This document shows, piece by piece, positions 26,150 to 38,815 of a stretch of DNA of 64,000 nt. The DNA is taken from the NCBI RefSeq assembly GCF_009914755.1, contig NC_060929.1. The stretch is one strand, 5' to 3'. Below the pieces are notes generated by a model. The model searched no databases, was not told where the DNA came from, and saw only the letters and a program-made list of their open reading frames with translations. The first letter of the stretch is position 1; every line of letters starts with the position of its first letter. The position numbers and the translations under genes were made by a program. This stretch comes from the human T2T-CHM13v2.0 reference genome, Homo sapiens.

Positions 26150-26495
26150 ATTCTGTTTTTATTCTAGAACTGTTTGCCCCTCTTTCTTATATGGAAACTC
26201 TTTTCCTGATCTCTCTCTTTCATGGTCCAGTTCACGTCCCAGCCTTTTCACGAAGCTCTTAAAGAAGATCCCAGCTTACCTTTCCTTTATAGGTACTGTG
26301 GTAACTTGCACAGGAATATGCAACACAGTAGGTCATAATAAACAAGAATTGGATTGATCAGTCTATAAATCACTAGCTATACTATCAGAAATAAGTGGTA
26401 TATGTGCTATATATAACATTAAGGTAAATATATAGAGACTTGAAATGAGCATCATAAGCAGTCTTAAAATAGATGGTTAATGTTGACTTTATTTT

Positions 26496-26743
26496 CTTTG
26501 GGAGGCCGAGTCGGGTAAATCACGAGTTCAGGAGTTCGAAACCAGCCTGGCCAACAGGGTGAAACCCCATCTCTACTAAAAATACAAAAAAATTAGCTGG
26601 GCATGGTGGCAGTTGCCTGTAATCCCAGCTACTTGGGAAGCTGAGGCTGGAGAGTCGCTTGAACTGGGAGGCGGTGGTTGTAGTGAGCCGAGATTGCGCC
26701 ACTGCACTCCAGCCTGGGTGACAGCATGAGACTCCGTCTCAAA

Positions 26744-26778
<35 letters not shown>

Positions 26779-26798
26779 AATAAAATAAAAATAAAAAA
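26496..26798 (+). mobile_element. AluS (Sg-like), slightly 5'-truncated, (AAAT)n tail
   Basis: ctttgggaggccgag...cacgagttcaggagttcg...actccgtctc followed by (aaat)n. Confidence 0.92.
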
Positions 26799-27744
26799 TA
26801 TCGATTTTAAGTGAAATGTGTCTATAAAGAAAATTTAGAGGAAAGTGAACAAAGAGAAGGATTATATTGCTGTCTAAATGCCCTTTTCCCCACTGACTAC
26901 TAAAGCCTACAGTCTGAAAAAGAAAAAAAAATAACTTCACAAACAGAAATGAATGAAACTTTTCTGAACCTCATCAGGAAATGCTGATATCTAGAATCTG
27001 CTGTTAGCTAGCATATCATTTAGAGACTGAAAAAGGATACTCTCGGCACAGAAGTGTGGATGGCCAGAAAATTAGGGTTATATAATCAGCTTTGTGTGAG
27101 AAAACAGAGTCAGGAAAGCAAGATAATACTTCAAGCAGAAATGAGTCGGATAACAGATTTTGTCTCAAACTCATTTTCTGATCTTACAAAGAATCACTGC
27201 ATTGACTTAGGTCAGCCCTCTGGGAGAATAATCAAAAATTTCACATGGACCAAATGTATTGTCTCTTCCCTTCTACTGAGAGAATTAGCATAGATATCCT
27301 AATATGTCCATTTTCCTTCTTTCTGGGTTTCTTTGTGCTTACATTCAATTTCCTCATCTAGAATATGAAGATGATAACAAGCACCATGTAGGATTTTTCC
27401 AGATAATTCAGTGAGATAATGTATGTGGGTGTGGTTTATAAACTATGAATATAAAACACTGTAAAACCATATTCTGCTACTATAGTTTTCTCATTTGATT
27501 GGGGATTAAGTAGAATATCTTATACTGGAAAAATTCAGAAAAGAACAAGAAAAAGTATGGTTTATTGAGTAACCTAGTTAGACGTGAATCAGGGGAAGAG
27601 AAAACCTATAGTTCAGCATACTTCCTTTTTAATCTACATGAGGTTGATTGTTTTTTTTTTTTAGAAGAGGCCCATCTATTAGAATGTACCATAAAAAAGA
27701 AACATGGGATAGCCCTCACTTCCCTTTCCCCTTGCCAAAGACCT

Positions 27745-28700
27745 GGAGATTCATTTAACACTTTTCTGAGCTCCTACTATATATCAGGAAGTATTTTGGG
27801 TGCTGGGAAACAGTGGTGAACAAGACAGATAAGATTTGCACTCTTTTCAGTGGTAATAAAGAATGGATAGAAAAGACAATCAATAAATTAATAAAATGCT
27901 ATCAAATATTGAAAGGTACTGTAACAAAACAAGCAAAGGGATGTGATGGATGTACACAGGGCTGTAGTGGAAGGTGAGGTTGCCATGAAAATGTGACTCT
28001 TAGATCTTCTACCATGAAGAACATCATTGATTGATAGTCCCAGCTTCTGCAGTCTGAAGCCACCACCATGCTCATGCTGAGATCACCCTTCCGCAGAATG
28101 CTCCCAGCCAGTGGCTGAACATGACAGGGATACTAAGGCAAGCTCCTTGCTGTGAGATGCAGGACTCCTCCACTCATGACTCTGGCTCAAGGCCTTTCTA
28201 AAACGTATCAGAACTACTTCTATGGCCCAGGATGCTTCCTACCCAACTTTCTTTCCTTTCCTCTCTCTTTCATAGGGATCAGACTTACATCACAGTGTGA
28301 TATTTTCTCCAGCACACTCACAGGCATTTCTTCCAATAAATCTCTTGGCATCTGCTTCTTGAGGACTTTAACTAACTCAGAATTGGTCATTTCAATTTGT
28401 GTCAGACAATGTTTCTTGGAGGAGGAGATAATTGATCTGAGATCTGTAGAAATAACATTTCAGGAAGACAGAGCATCAAGTGCAAAGACCTAGCAAAGGC
28501 AAGAATATGCTTGGCATGTTCAAGATACAGGAGAAGGCCAATGAGCTGGAATGTGTTGAGTGAGCAGGTGATTTTTGGGAAGGAAATTCAGAGAGAGAAG
28601 TCGGGGCCAATCATGTAAGATCATACAGGCTATGGTGACGAAGTTGGATTAAGTATGACAGGAAGCCAGTGGAGCATTTTAAGCAGTCAAATAACATGCT
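27745..28700 (-). mobile_element. L2 interrupted by an LTR16-type element
   Basis: attcatttaacacttttctgagctcctactat before the LTR; gcttggcatgttcaaga...ggaagccagtggagcattttaagcag after it. Confidence 0.7.
27963..28379 (+). mobile_element. LTR16C-like ERVL LTR
   Basis: TGtagtgg...tgctcccagccagtggctga...ccaataaatctcttg...catctgcttcttgaggac...aactaactCA. Confidence 0.7.
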
Positions 28701-29879
28701 CTGAGAGAGAAGATACTTTCTACAGCTATGCACTCTGCAAACATACAGTATTTTTTGATGAAGAAAACAATGATTTCTGGAAGTGAGTCTTTCTCAGGCA
28801 GATCCTGCATCTGCCTGTGTCTTAGCCACCACAACCTCTCCTTCCTTTGTCTCTCTGGGACAGGGAAAGAAAAAGGTAAGTTTTGATCCAGATGACTAGG
28901 AGAGTTGAGAAAAGCCAACCACAGTGACTTTACCCAAAGGATTTTTATTGTTGATATTCTTCTTGACATCAAGTTTGGGGAAATAATTTCAAATTGGTCA
29001 GTGTGTCTATTATTAGAAAGTCTTTAACTCCATCTATATAATTTCTTATTGGGTCTGGGTTTTATTCAACAATACCCCATCTCTCTTCATGTTTGTCTAT
29101 GATGAAATTTTAGATCTTTGTTCTTCTCTTATATATTCTGGCTGCGTGCAGTACTTTTCGATCCTCATCACATTTGTCCAGCACAGGACTTCTGGATTGT
29201 CTATAGCTGTTTTCTTTACACAAGAAATTCTTGCATTATGTTCAACAAATGCAGTTGAATATCAGTCACTTAATGCTGACTGACATTGCTCCCATATTGT
29301 TGAGAACATGCTCACATGTGTAGACTTCTCGTTATTGCAATAAGGCAGATGCCCATGCGGAACACCAATAGTATGATGTGTGGGGCATATCTGGAGGGTA
29401 AGCTCTCTTGAGCTATTTTTTTTCTTGTTTAATGGGAGTGACAACTCAGTCCATAGTAAATTATTTATTAAACCGCTATCATGGGCCAACCTCTGAACTA
29501 GGTGATGGGGATACAGTGGTGGTGACCTGCATGTACAGAGCTCCTACTCATGAATGTTCATGTTTGGTTGAAAGGAAAGGTTGTGGAATAAGGGAAGAAA
29601 TAAGATGGCCTAAGCTTGCAGTCTGGATCCAGTACTTCATAGCTATAGTACCTTGGGAAAAATCACTCTCTTTCATCCTGAGGTTCCTCCTCAGTTAAAC
29701 AGGGATACTAATAACTCCTCTGCCTTCCACTCAGGGTGATTACAAGAATCTCATAAAGTAATAAGAAATTATAACCGTGTAATATTCAGATTTTCTTTTT
29801 TTGTTTCAGATGCTCTTGTTTTGCTTCTTGTTTCTTGTTTGATTCTTTGTTTTAGATTTGTTTGTTTTTAGACAAGCTT

Positions 29880-30445
29880 TTTTTTTTTTAATTTTACTTT
29901 AAGTTCTGGGATACATGTGCTGAACGTGTAGGTTCGTTACATAGGTATAGATGTGCCACGGTGATTTGCTGCACCTATCGACCCGTAATCTAGGGTTTAA
30001 GCCCTGCATGCATTAGGTATTTGTCCTACATTCCCTCTCCATTCCCCCACCCCCAACAGGCCCACTGTGTGATGTTCCCCTCCCTGTGTCTGTGTGTTCT
30101 CATCGTTCAACTCCCACTTATGAGTGTGAATATGCAGTGTTTGGTTTTCTGTTCCTGTGTTAGTTTGCTGAGGATGATGGTTTCCAGCTTCATCCATGTC
30201 CCTGCAAAGGACATAAACTCATTCTTTTTTATGGCTGCATAGTATTCCATGGTGTATATGTGCCATATTTTCTTTATCCAGTCTATCATTGATGTGCATT
30301 TGGGTTGGTTCCAAGTCTTTGGTATTATAAGAAGTGCTGCAATAAACATATGTGTGCATGTGTCTCTGTAGTAGAATTATTTATAGTCCTTAAGGTATAT
30401 ACCCAGTAATGGGATTGCTGGGTAATTCAACCATTGTGGAAGACA
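29880..30445 (-). mobile_element. L1PA 3' end with ~20-nt 5' inversion
   Basis: Poly-T plus antisense L1PA 3' end to 30423, then sense ttcaaccattgtggaagaca; TSD agacaa(g/a)ctt. Confidence 0.92.
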
Positions 30446-30450
30446 AACTT

Positions 30451-32990
30451 ACATTTTAAGGGCAGTTTTTGATTGACAGGGAAATTGAGAAGGTAGTACA
30501 GAGTTCCCATATACTCCTGCATAGTTTCCCCTGTTGTTAACATCTTACATTAGTATGGTAGATTTGTTATAATTAATGAACATATATCGACACACTATTA
30601 TTAACTACAGTTCCTACTTTAATCATATGTTCTCAGTCTTTCCCTAATGTTCCTTTTCTGCCCCAGAATCCCACCCAGGGTGCCACGTTGTATATAGTTG
30701 TCATGTCTCCATAGGCATCTCTTGGCTGTGAACAATGCTCAGACTTTCTGGGTTTTTAATAATCTTGAGAGTTTTGAGGAGTACTGATCAAGCATATTAT
30801 AGTATGCTCCTCTATTGGAATTTGTCTGATTGATGTTTTTTCATGATTAGACTAGGGTTATGGGACTTTTGGAGGAAGATCACAGATGTAAAGTGCCATT
30901 TTTATCACATCACATTTGGGCTACGCACTATCAACATGATTTATGACTATCGATGTTGCCCTTGATCACCTGGCAGAGGTAGAGGTTTTCCAGTTTCTCC
31001 ACTATAAAACCCCTCACCCCCTATAGTTCTACACTGTAGTCTCGGGAAGAAAGTCATGATGTGAAGCCTACACTGTAGAAGTGGGGAGTTGTGCTCTGTG
31101 TCTTTGAGGGCAGAGTATCTACATCAATTATTTGGAATTTTTCTGTATGGGAGGTTTGTCCCTTCTCCCCCACTTATTTATTTATTCAATCATCTTTTTA
31201 TATCACTATAGACTTGTGGATATTTATTTTGTACTTTGGGCTATATTCCAATACTACTTTATTTTGTTGCTCAAGTAGTTTCAGCTTTGATTATTGATTG
31301 GCTGTTGTGTCCTTTGGCATACTTCAATCACTGTGACCTTCCTTTCTTCCTTCCCTCTCTTCCTTCCCCTCCCTTATTTCTGGTACTACAAGATGCTCCA
31401 TGCTCATCTTACATATCTCCTACCTCAATCCTAGAATCCATTGTTTCTTCTGTGGGCCGTGGTTCTTTTTATTAGAGAATGGTGTTGGAAACTAAGATCT
31501 GTATTTTTTTTTAATTGGAGAAGGGCATTGGAAACCAAGATCTGAGTACAAGGTATGTTTCTTGATACTGGAGTCTCCCTGCTTCTCAGCCCTTTTATCT
31601 GACAGACCAAGGAAATGTATGTGAGTATATATTAATATGGATATATATTGATAGGGTTTGGCTCTGTGTCCACACCCAAATCTCATCTCAAATTGTAATC
31701 CCCATGTGTCAAAGGAGGGACCTGGTGAGAGGTGATTGGATCATAAGGCCGGTTTCCCATGCTGTTCTTGTGATAGCGAGTTCTCACAAGATCTGATGGT
31801 TTAAAAGTGTTTGGCAGCTCCGCCTTCTGCCCCCCATTCCCCTCTCCCCTTCTCTCGTTCCTGCCACTGTGTAAGATGTTTCTTGCTTCTCCTTCACCTT
31901 CTACAATGATTGTAAGTTTCCTAAGGCCTCCCCAGCCATGCAGAACTGTAAGTCAAGTAAACCTTTTTCCTTTATAAATTATCCAATCCTAGATAAGTTC
32001 TTTATAGCAATGTGAAAATGGACTAATACATATAATCATACCTATAAATATTTCTGTATCTATCCATCTGTATCTATTTTAGGCTAAAATTCTTCATACT
32101 GATGTCTTCAATTTGAATCCATTATCATGTGGATGATTCTAGCATCTCGTCCTTTCTCGTGATCCCTGCTTTTGCTTATCTGCAGCTTCCCACTCCAACA
32201 GTGAGAAATCTTGATCTCACCATCTACCATTTACTTACCTAATTGTCTAATTCTAGTATGCATGTATAGCAGTGTCAATATTGTTAGCCCATACACTATG
32301 GGGACAACTTTATCGCTAGAGTACAAGGCTTATGTACAGTTTCTTTGTTTTTAGTTTTACAGATTACAATTGTTTCCAAAGTTACTTAGATTATTTCCCC
32401 ACCATCCTCTTCAGTGAAGATGTTTCATATATTTGTAATACAGTTAGATTGTTTTGTCACATTCTGTATTCCATCCTGGGATTCCCCCAATTTCCTGAAT
32501 GACTTTTCAGTGTGCACTCATTAAAATACTCTTTTTGTGTTGTAAAGCTCAACAGGTTTTGGCAGTTGCATAGTGTCATGCACTTGCAATTACAATATCA
32601 CACAGAAGAGTCGCACTTTTCTAAAAATTTACTTGTACTTCCTCTATTCAGCTTCTCCAACCCTGTGCCCCTTGCATCTAGACTTTTAAAATTGTCTCCA
32701 TAGTTCTACCTTCATCAGAATGTCATTTAAAGGGAATCATACAGTATGTAGCCTTTCAGTATGGCTTCTTTCACTCAGTGATATGCATTTAGGATTTACC
32801 TATGTCTTTGTGTGGCTTGATAGGCGATTTTAAAATCACTGAATCACATTTCCTTGTATGGAATATACCAGTATTTTATCCATTCACTTAGCAATGGACA
32901 TTTTGATTGCTTCCAGTTTTTGAATAGCATGAATGAAGCTGCTATAAATATTTATGTGCAGGTTTTTTTGTGTGGCACTTTAGTTTTTAA
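30451..32990 (-). mobile_element. Old L1MC/L1MD-type 3' UTR interrupted by THE1D
   Basis: gcagtttttgattgacagggaaattgag...tacagagttcccatatac...ttgcttccagttttt...gctgctataaatatt. Confidence 0.8.
31649..32030 (+). mobile_element. THE1D-like MaLR solo LTR
   Basis: TGatagggtttggctctgtgtcc...gatctgatggtttaaaagtgtttggcag...gactaataCA; flanks tatat/tataa. Confidence 0.9.
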
Positions 32991-33524
32991 GGCATTTCTG
33001 AAATCATTTTTTTCAATTTGATTTTCAGGACACTTGAGGGTAGAGTAAATGAAGTGAATCATGCCCCTGTTATACGTTGGAAAGATACTTTAAGAAGAGG
33101 CTCTTGCCTCAGTTTTCACAGCTGGTAAAGGGAAGAGCTGAGACTTGAAGGTTTATCTTCTTACCCTAAATGTCACATTCCTCTCATACATTATTCTGGA
33201 TCTCAATAAATTATTTGAGAAAATAATTGAAAACCCTTATATACTATCCAAATAATTGTAATTTTATTAAACCAGATCTTCTCAATTTTCCTTGTCTTTG
33301 TCACTACACTCATCCTCACATACAAAGAAAAGACAGGGAAAGTGTAACCTACTGTAATATAAATGAAAGGAGAAAAAAAGAGGCCACCTCTCCTCCTTGC
33401 TACTTCTCATTTTTTTGCTTTACTTAGAAAATGCTAAGGCACCTCTTCTTTATATTTTGTAATTACCTTTTGTCTTTACTTTCAACCATTTTGTATGATG
33501 TATTAAATATACTTAAAATTAAAA

Positions 33525-33750
33525 TTAATAATCATCATAATAGGTAGCAATTGAGTGTTTACCATGTACTAGACACAGGGCTGGGCATTTCATTTATATA
33601 ACTTCATTTATTCCTCACAACAACCCTCAGGGGTAGCTTCTATTGTTATCCTCATTTTACAGTTGAGGAAACTAGGGTTTAGGAGAAATTATGTAACTTG
33701 CCCAGGAACCAATAATAAGAGGTAGGAATGGATCTCAGGATCTGTTCGGG
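33525..33750 (-). mobile_element. MIR
   Basis: tcctcacaacaaccct...atcctcattttacagttgaggaaact...taacttgcccagg. Confidence 0.8.
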
Positions 33751-34633
33751 TATTATTTTTCTCCATCTTATTAGGTATTTCCAGAGATGCATTACCTTCT
33801 AAAGCGGAGTGGTCTTTTTAGTGCAAACTTGATATTGAGGATTTGGGAGAAGGAAAGTGTAGTTACAGCTATGCCACCTTGTGTCGGGGCAAACCAGACA
33901 AGTGTGTCTTGTAAACACAGCTACTGAACAAAAGAAATTGAACCTAAGGAAACAGGCAATAGTATTCCCCCTGGTGACACCATCTAATAAGAACAGCAGC
34001 TGCTCTGGGGCACTGACCCCTTATGTTGAAGTGATAATACAGCAATTAGCTCTTTCCTCATTTTCCCAAGTTAACCCAAGGGTAAAATGGCACACTGAGC
34101 AAATATACCAAATTACATTAAACTTAGTTATCAATTTGAAAATCTTAGATGCTGGCTGCACAGAGATTAACAGGTTCTAGCAATTTTTTTTTTTTTTTTT
34201 TGCTTATACTCCACTCTCACCCCCAGCGAAAAACCTCAGCCATAGCTGGTTGTTTTTGTCAGATGCAATATAGCTTTCGGCAGGCAACTCTATATTGGCT
34301 CTGCCTGGTTTCCAGAGAGAACTCTTGGCATGAGATAGTGGACTAAATCATACGCAGTAACCAACAAATACATCTTGGGAAGAATATTTGCATAGCACTG
34401 GGCACAGTGTTGAGAATGAGGATGATATTTTTTCTAGAGAAAAATCCATATGCCTTGGGGACCCTAATCTAGTCAGCATCACTGGCATTATGGAAGCAGC
34501 ATTGGTCAGGAAGACAGAAGGGGATCCTAGTATTTTGCTACCACCTATAGAAACTCATCTGGCTTTCAATTCAATGGTGATGAGCGAGCCCCAGAACTTG
34601 CCAGGTGTTTCTATTATGTAGCTCTGTTGATAA

Positions 34634-35060
<427 letters not shown>

Positions 35061-35769
35061 ATGACACAATTCTTAACCTCAGGAAAATCACAGTATGGGG
35101 AGACAGACATGCATATAAAGATGTGTAAAGCAGTATCATGGCTTAAAAAACGAGTGTCAAGTCAATGTACAGAAACATTCCTTCATGATGATCTCCCAGC
35201 TACAGAAGACTACAAATGAAAGAGAGTATCAGTGAGCAGCTGGGAGACAGTCAGGTCCTTTTCTGAATGCAAAGTTGCCAAAGAGTGAAGCTGGCCTATT
35301 CCAAAGCAAAGAGATTTAGCTTCCCCAAGAATGAGATGACAGGCAATGAAGCCATGTGTGTCTAAACTGTGCCACTGTGTCTTCCCTCACAGTACCTAGA
35401 CAGGTGATGCGATCTCAGCTGAGGGTCTGGGCAAGGGTGTGGGACTTCTAATGATCACCTCAAGCTGCACTCACATTTGATACTGGGACAATGGAGTGAG
35501 TGCCCATCTTCAAATAGATCAGATGAACTTGGACAATCTGCGGCGTCATGGCAGTTGTAATAGATGGAAGCCTCCTGATATCCCCTCTATTTTTCTGGTA
35601 TTATGTAAGTCCCCCATTCCCTGCCATCCCCTCAATAAATAGGTGATTTCAGGGAGGCGGTGCAAAATGTGACAGTTTCCATCCTGGCATTTGAGAGTTT
35701 GAAGTGAAATTTAAACGTTATATTAAATTTAAATGTAAATATTGAGTTGAAAAAAATAAGAATATAACT

Positions 35770-38110
35770 TTAAAAATAACAAGCTCTTTGTTTTGGAATA
35801 ATTTTAGATTTGCTGAAAAGTTATAAAACTGGTACAGGGATTCCCCATATCCCCTCACTTAAGTTTGTATCACCTGTTTCAGTTTCCACTAATGTCATCA
35901 CTTTCTATTATTGCATACGTTTGTCAAAACTAAGAAACCAATACTGACACATTACCATTAACTCTAGCCTTTATTTAGATATCACTAATTTTTCCATGGA
36001 TGTCCTTTTGCTGTTCTGGGAACCAATCCAGAATACCACATTTAGTCATCATGTCTTCTTAGTCTCCTCTGTGATCTGTGACAAGTTTCTTAGTCTTCCC
36101 TTATCTTTCACGACCTTGACAGTTTTGAGAAGTAATGGTCAGGTATTTTATAGAATGTTCCTCAGATTGGGTTTGTCTCAGCTTTCTCTCATGACTAGAC
36201 TGAGGTTATAGGTTTTTGAAAAGAATACCATAGGGGTCAAGTGCCCTTTCGATTACATCATATCCAGTGTACATAATATCACTGTTAATAACCTTGAGTA
36301 ATTTGTTTAGATAATGTTGGCCAGGTTTCTCTACTATAAAGGTGCTATTTTTCCCTTCTCATACTCTATACTTTGGAAGCAATTCACTAAGTCCAACCAC
36401 ACTTAAAAGGTTGGGGAGAAATTAAGCTTTGCCTTCTGGAGAGGGTAGTTTCTATGTATAGTTGGAATTCTTTTGTAAGGAAGATTTGTCTCTTCTATTT
36501 ATTTATTCAACCACTTATTTATATCATTTTGATCTCATTTATATGAAGTGTATATTTTGTGTTATGATCTAGTACACTGTTATTTATTTTGTTGCATAAC
36601 TTTTTTCCAACTTTGGTCATTGGGAGCTTCATTAGTTTAGCTCTTGTGTCCCATTGTCGTGCCTCCATTGATTTATTTTTTCAAAATTTCCCAACATCCT
36701 GGTAATGCCAAATGCTCCAGAATTAACTTATAGATTTTGCCTGCTATAAGCCCTAAAATTAGCCACTTCTCCAAGAAGCTTGGATTTCCCTCTTGGATGG
36801 CAGTATTTCTTTTTAATTTTTTAATTTTTAATTTTCATGGGTACATAGTCAGTATATATATTTATAGGATACATCAGACGTTTTGATATAGGCATGCAAG
36901 GTGAAATAGGCATATCATGGAGAATGATATCCATTCTCCATTGGATATCCATTCCCTCAAGCATTTATCCTTTGTGTTACAAATGATCCAATTACACTCT
37001 TTTAGTTATTTTTAGATGTACGATTAAGTTATTATTGACTATAGTCACCCTGTTGTGCTATCAAATATGGAGGTTGGTATTTTGAAACCAAGGCTTGGGC
37101 ACTGGGAGTGATCGTTGCTAATGGGGTGTCATTATCTTAAAGCCCTCTCAGCAGACAGAGAGAGGTAAGATGTATGTATACTAACCTATGATTTCATATT
37201 TAACTATAATTGTTTCTATATCTATCCATCTCTATATGCATGTTAAGCTAAATATGGGTTCATATTGATGTCTCTAATCAAGTACCACCGTGTTATTGTA
37301 GCCTTCTATTCTTACTTATCTACAACTTTCCTCTCTGGTGATGAGAAACCTGGCACCTACCACCACCTTCTATTTACTTATTTGTTCAACTCCAGTATAT
37401 ATGTAAAACAGTTTCAGAATTGTTCATCTTCACCTTCATGTTAAACAACTTTACCAACTAGGGTATAGTGTTTATCTACAGTTCCTATTTTTTAATCTTA
37501 CAGTTTCCAGTCTAAACACCATTTTCCAAAGTTTCTTAGGCCAGCTACCTTTCCCCTATCCCCTGTAGTACAGTTACATCATACATTTGTAATACAGTGA
37601 CATTCTTTGTTCTCAGCTTGCACTTTATCTTGGGATCTCCCAACATTCTGGTTGATTATTTTTATTTTATAGTTTATATGCATTAATGTTCTTTCTTTGT
37701 AATGTAAAGTTCTATGGATTTTGACAAATGCATGGAATCATATTGTCCACCACTCCAGTACCATGTAGATCATTTCTATCATCCTCAAAGTTCCCCTGAA
37801 AGATATAGTTATTTAACATTTCATACAACTTAATATAAAATAAATTTATCAGATCTTCCCAAGGCAGGTGCTATGCATTGGCTCACTCTCTACCTTTCCA
37901 GTCCCTCCCTAGTCCATCACCTCTTTGTACTAAACCACTCCTTTATCCACCATTCCCTAGAAACCACTGATCTGTTTTTCATTCCTGTAGTCTTGCGTTT
38001 TCCAGACTGTCATATGGATGAAAACATAAAATATGCTTTGGGGTTTGACTTCTTTTACTTAGCAAAATGCCTTTAAGATTTATCCCCGTTGTTGAAAGAT
38101 TCAATGAGCA
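35770..38110 (-). mobile_element. Old L1MC/L1MD-type 3' UTR with nested insertions
   Basis: ttggaataattttagatttgctgaaaagtt...cttgacagttttgagaagtaatggtcagg...ttttacttagcaaaatgcctttaagattt; colinear with 30451-32990. Confidence 0.8.
36809..37067 (-). mobile_element. L1MA 3' tip nested in the older L1
   Basis: T-rich tail then gggtacatagt...gactatagtcaccctgttgtgctatcaaata; degenerate TSD tgga..g..gtattt. Confidence 0.8.
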
Positions 38111-38357
38111 ATTTACTAGTAGATGGAAGACTTAGGATTTTTTTTTTCTTTGTTTCTGGTACCATGTAAGAATACCCCCATTCTCACCCAGCACTTTAAT
38201 AAATACATGATTTTAGGGAGGAACTCTAAAATGTGACTAATTTTTAATTTTTTGCCACCCTGGCAAGTGAGGGTTTTAAATTATATTTAAAATTATCTTG
38301 ATTATATAATAAGGCAGTAAATTAATATTTTATGCAAATTAATATAAAATTTATCAG

Positions 38358-38815
38358 ATCTTCCTGAGGCAGACACTGTATGCTGCCTCACTCTAAACTT
38401 ATCTGATCCCTTCCTATCTCAATCTCTCTTTTTTGTCATCTTTTTAACAAAGAGACTGGATGTCTTTATGTATATAAAATCCATTCCTCTTTTGCAGCTA
38501 AGTATGGCCAGTAATGTAGTTCTTCCCCTTTACTTGTTTACACATCTTCCTTTACGTTTCTTCCTACCTGAAATATAAACTGGCTGATGGAGATCCTGGC
38601 TCAATGCTCAACAATTATTTTGAGACAATGAAGACAAAAGGAGGAATAGAAAGATAGAAGGAGCCTAGTTCTTTCATGTCATTGTTCTGTTGTTGTGAAA
38701 GCCCTGAGTAACGTATCCCAGCTTTGTTTGCATGAGATAAATAATCTTCTATGATTTAAGGTACTATTGTCACGTTTTTTATCACTCAAAATCCAACACA
38801 ATCATAGCTGATGCA
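38358..38815 (+). mobile_element. MLT1 (H/J/K-type) MaLR LTR, highly diverged
   Basis: gcagacactgt...ttcttcctacctgaaat...gaaagatagaaggagcct...gctgatgca. Confidence 0.6.

Noticed and set aside
25995-26357. L1 ORF2-like ORFs as genes (also 25429-25674, 30107-30349, 62318-63166)
   Set aside because: Fragments of truncated, disrupted L1 copies; cannot encode functional ORF2p
35470-35612. Possible exon ending at TAT|GTAAGT
   Set aside because: No convincing acceptor, the peptide is unrecognised, and an isolated donor is expected by chance
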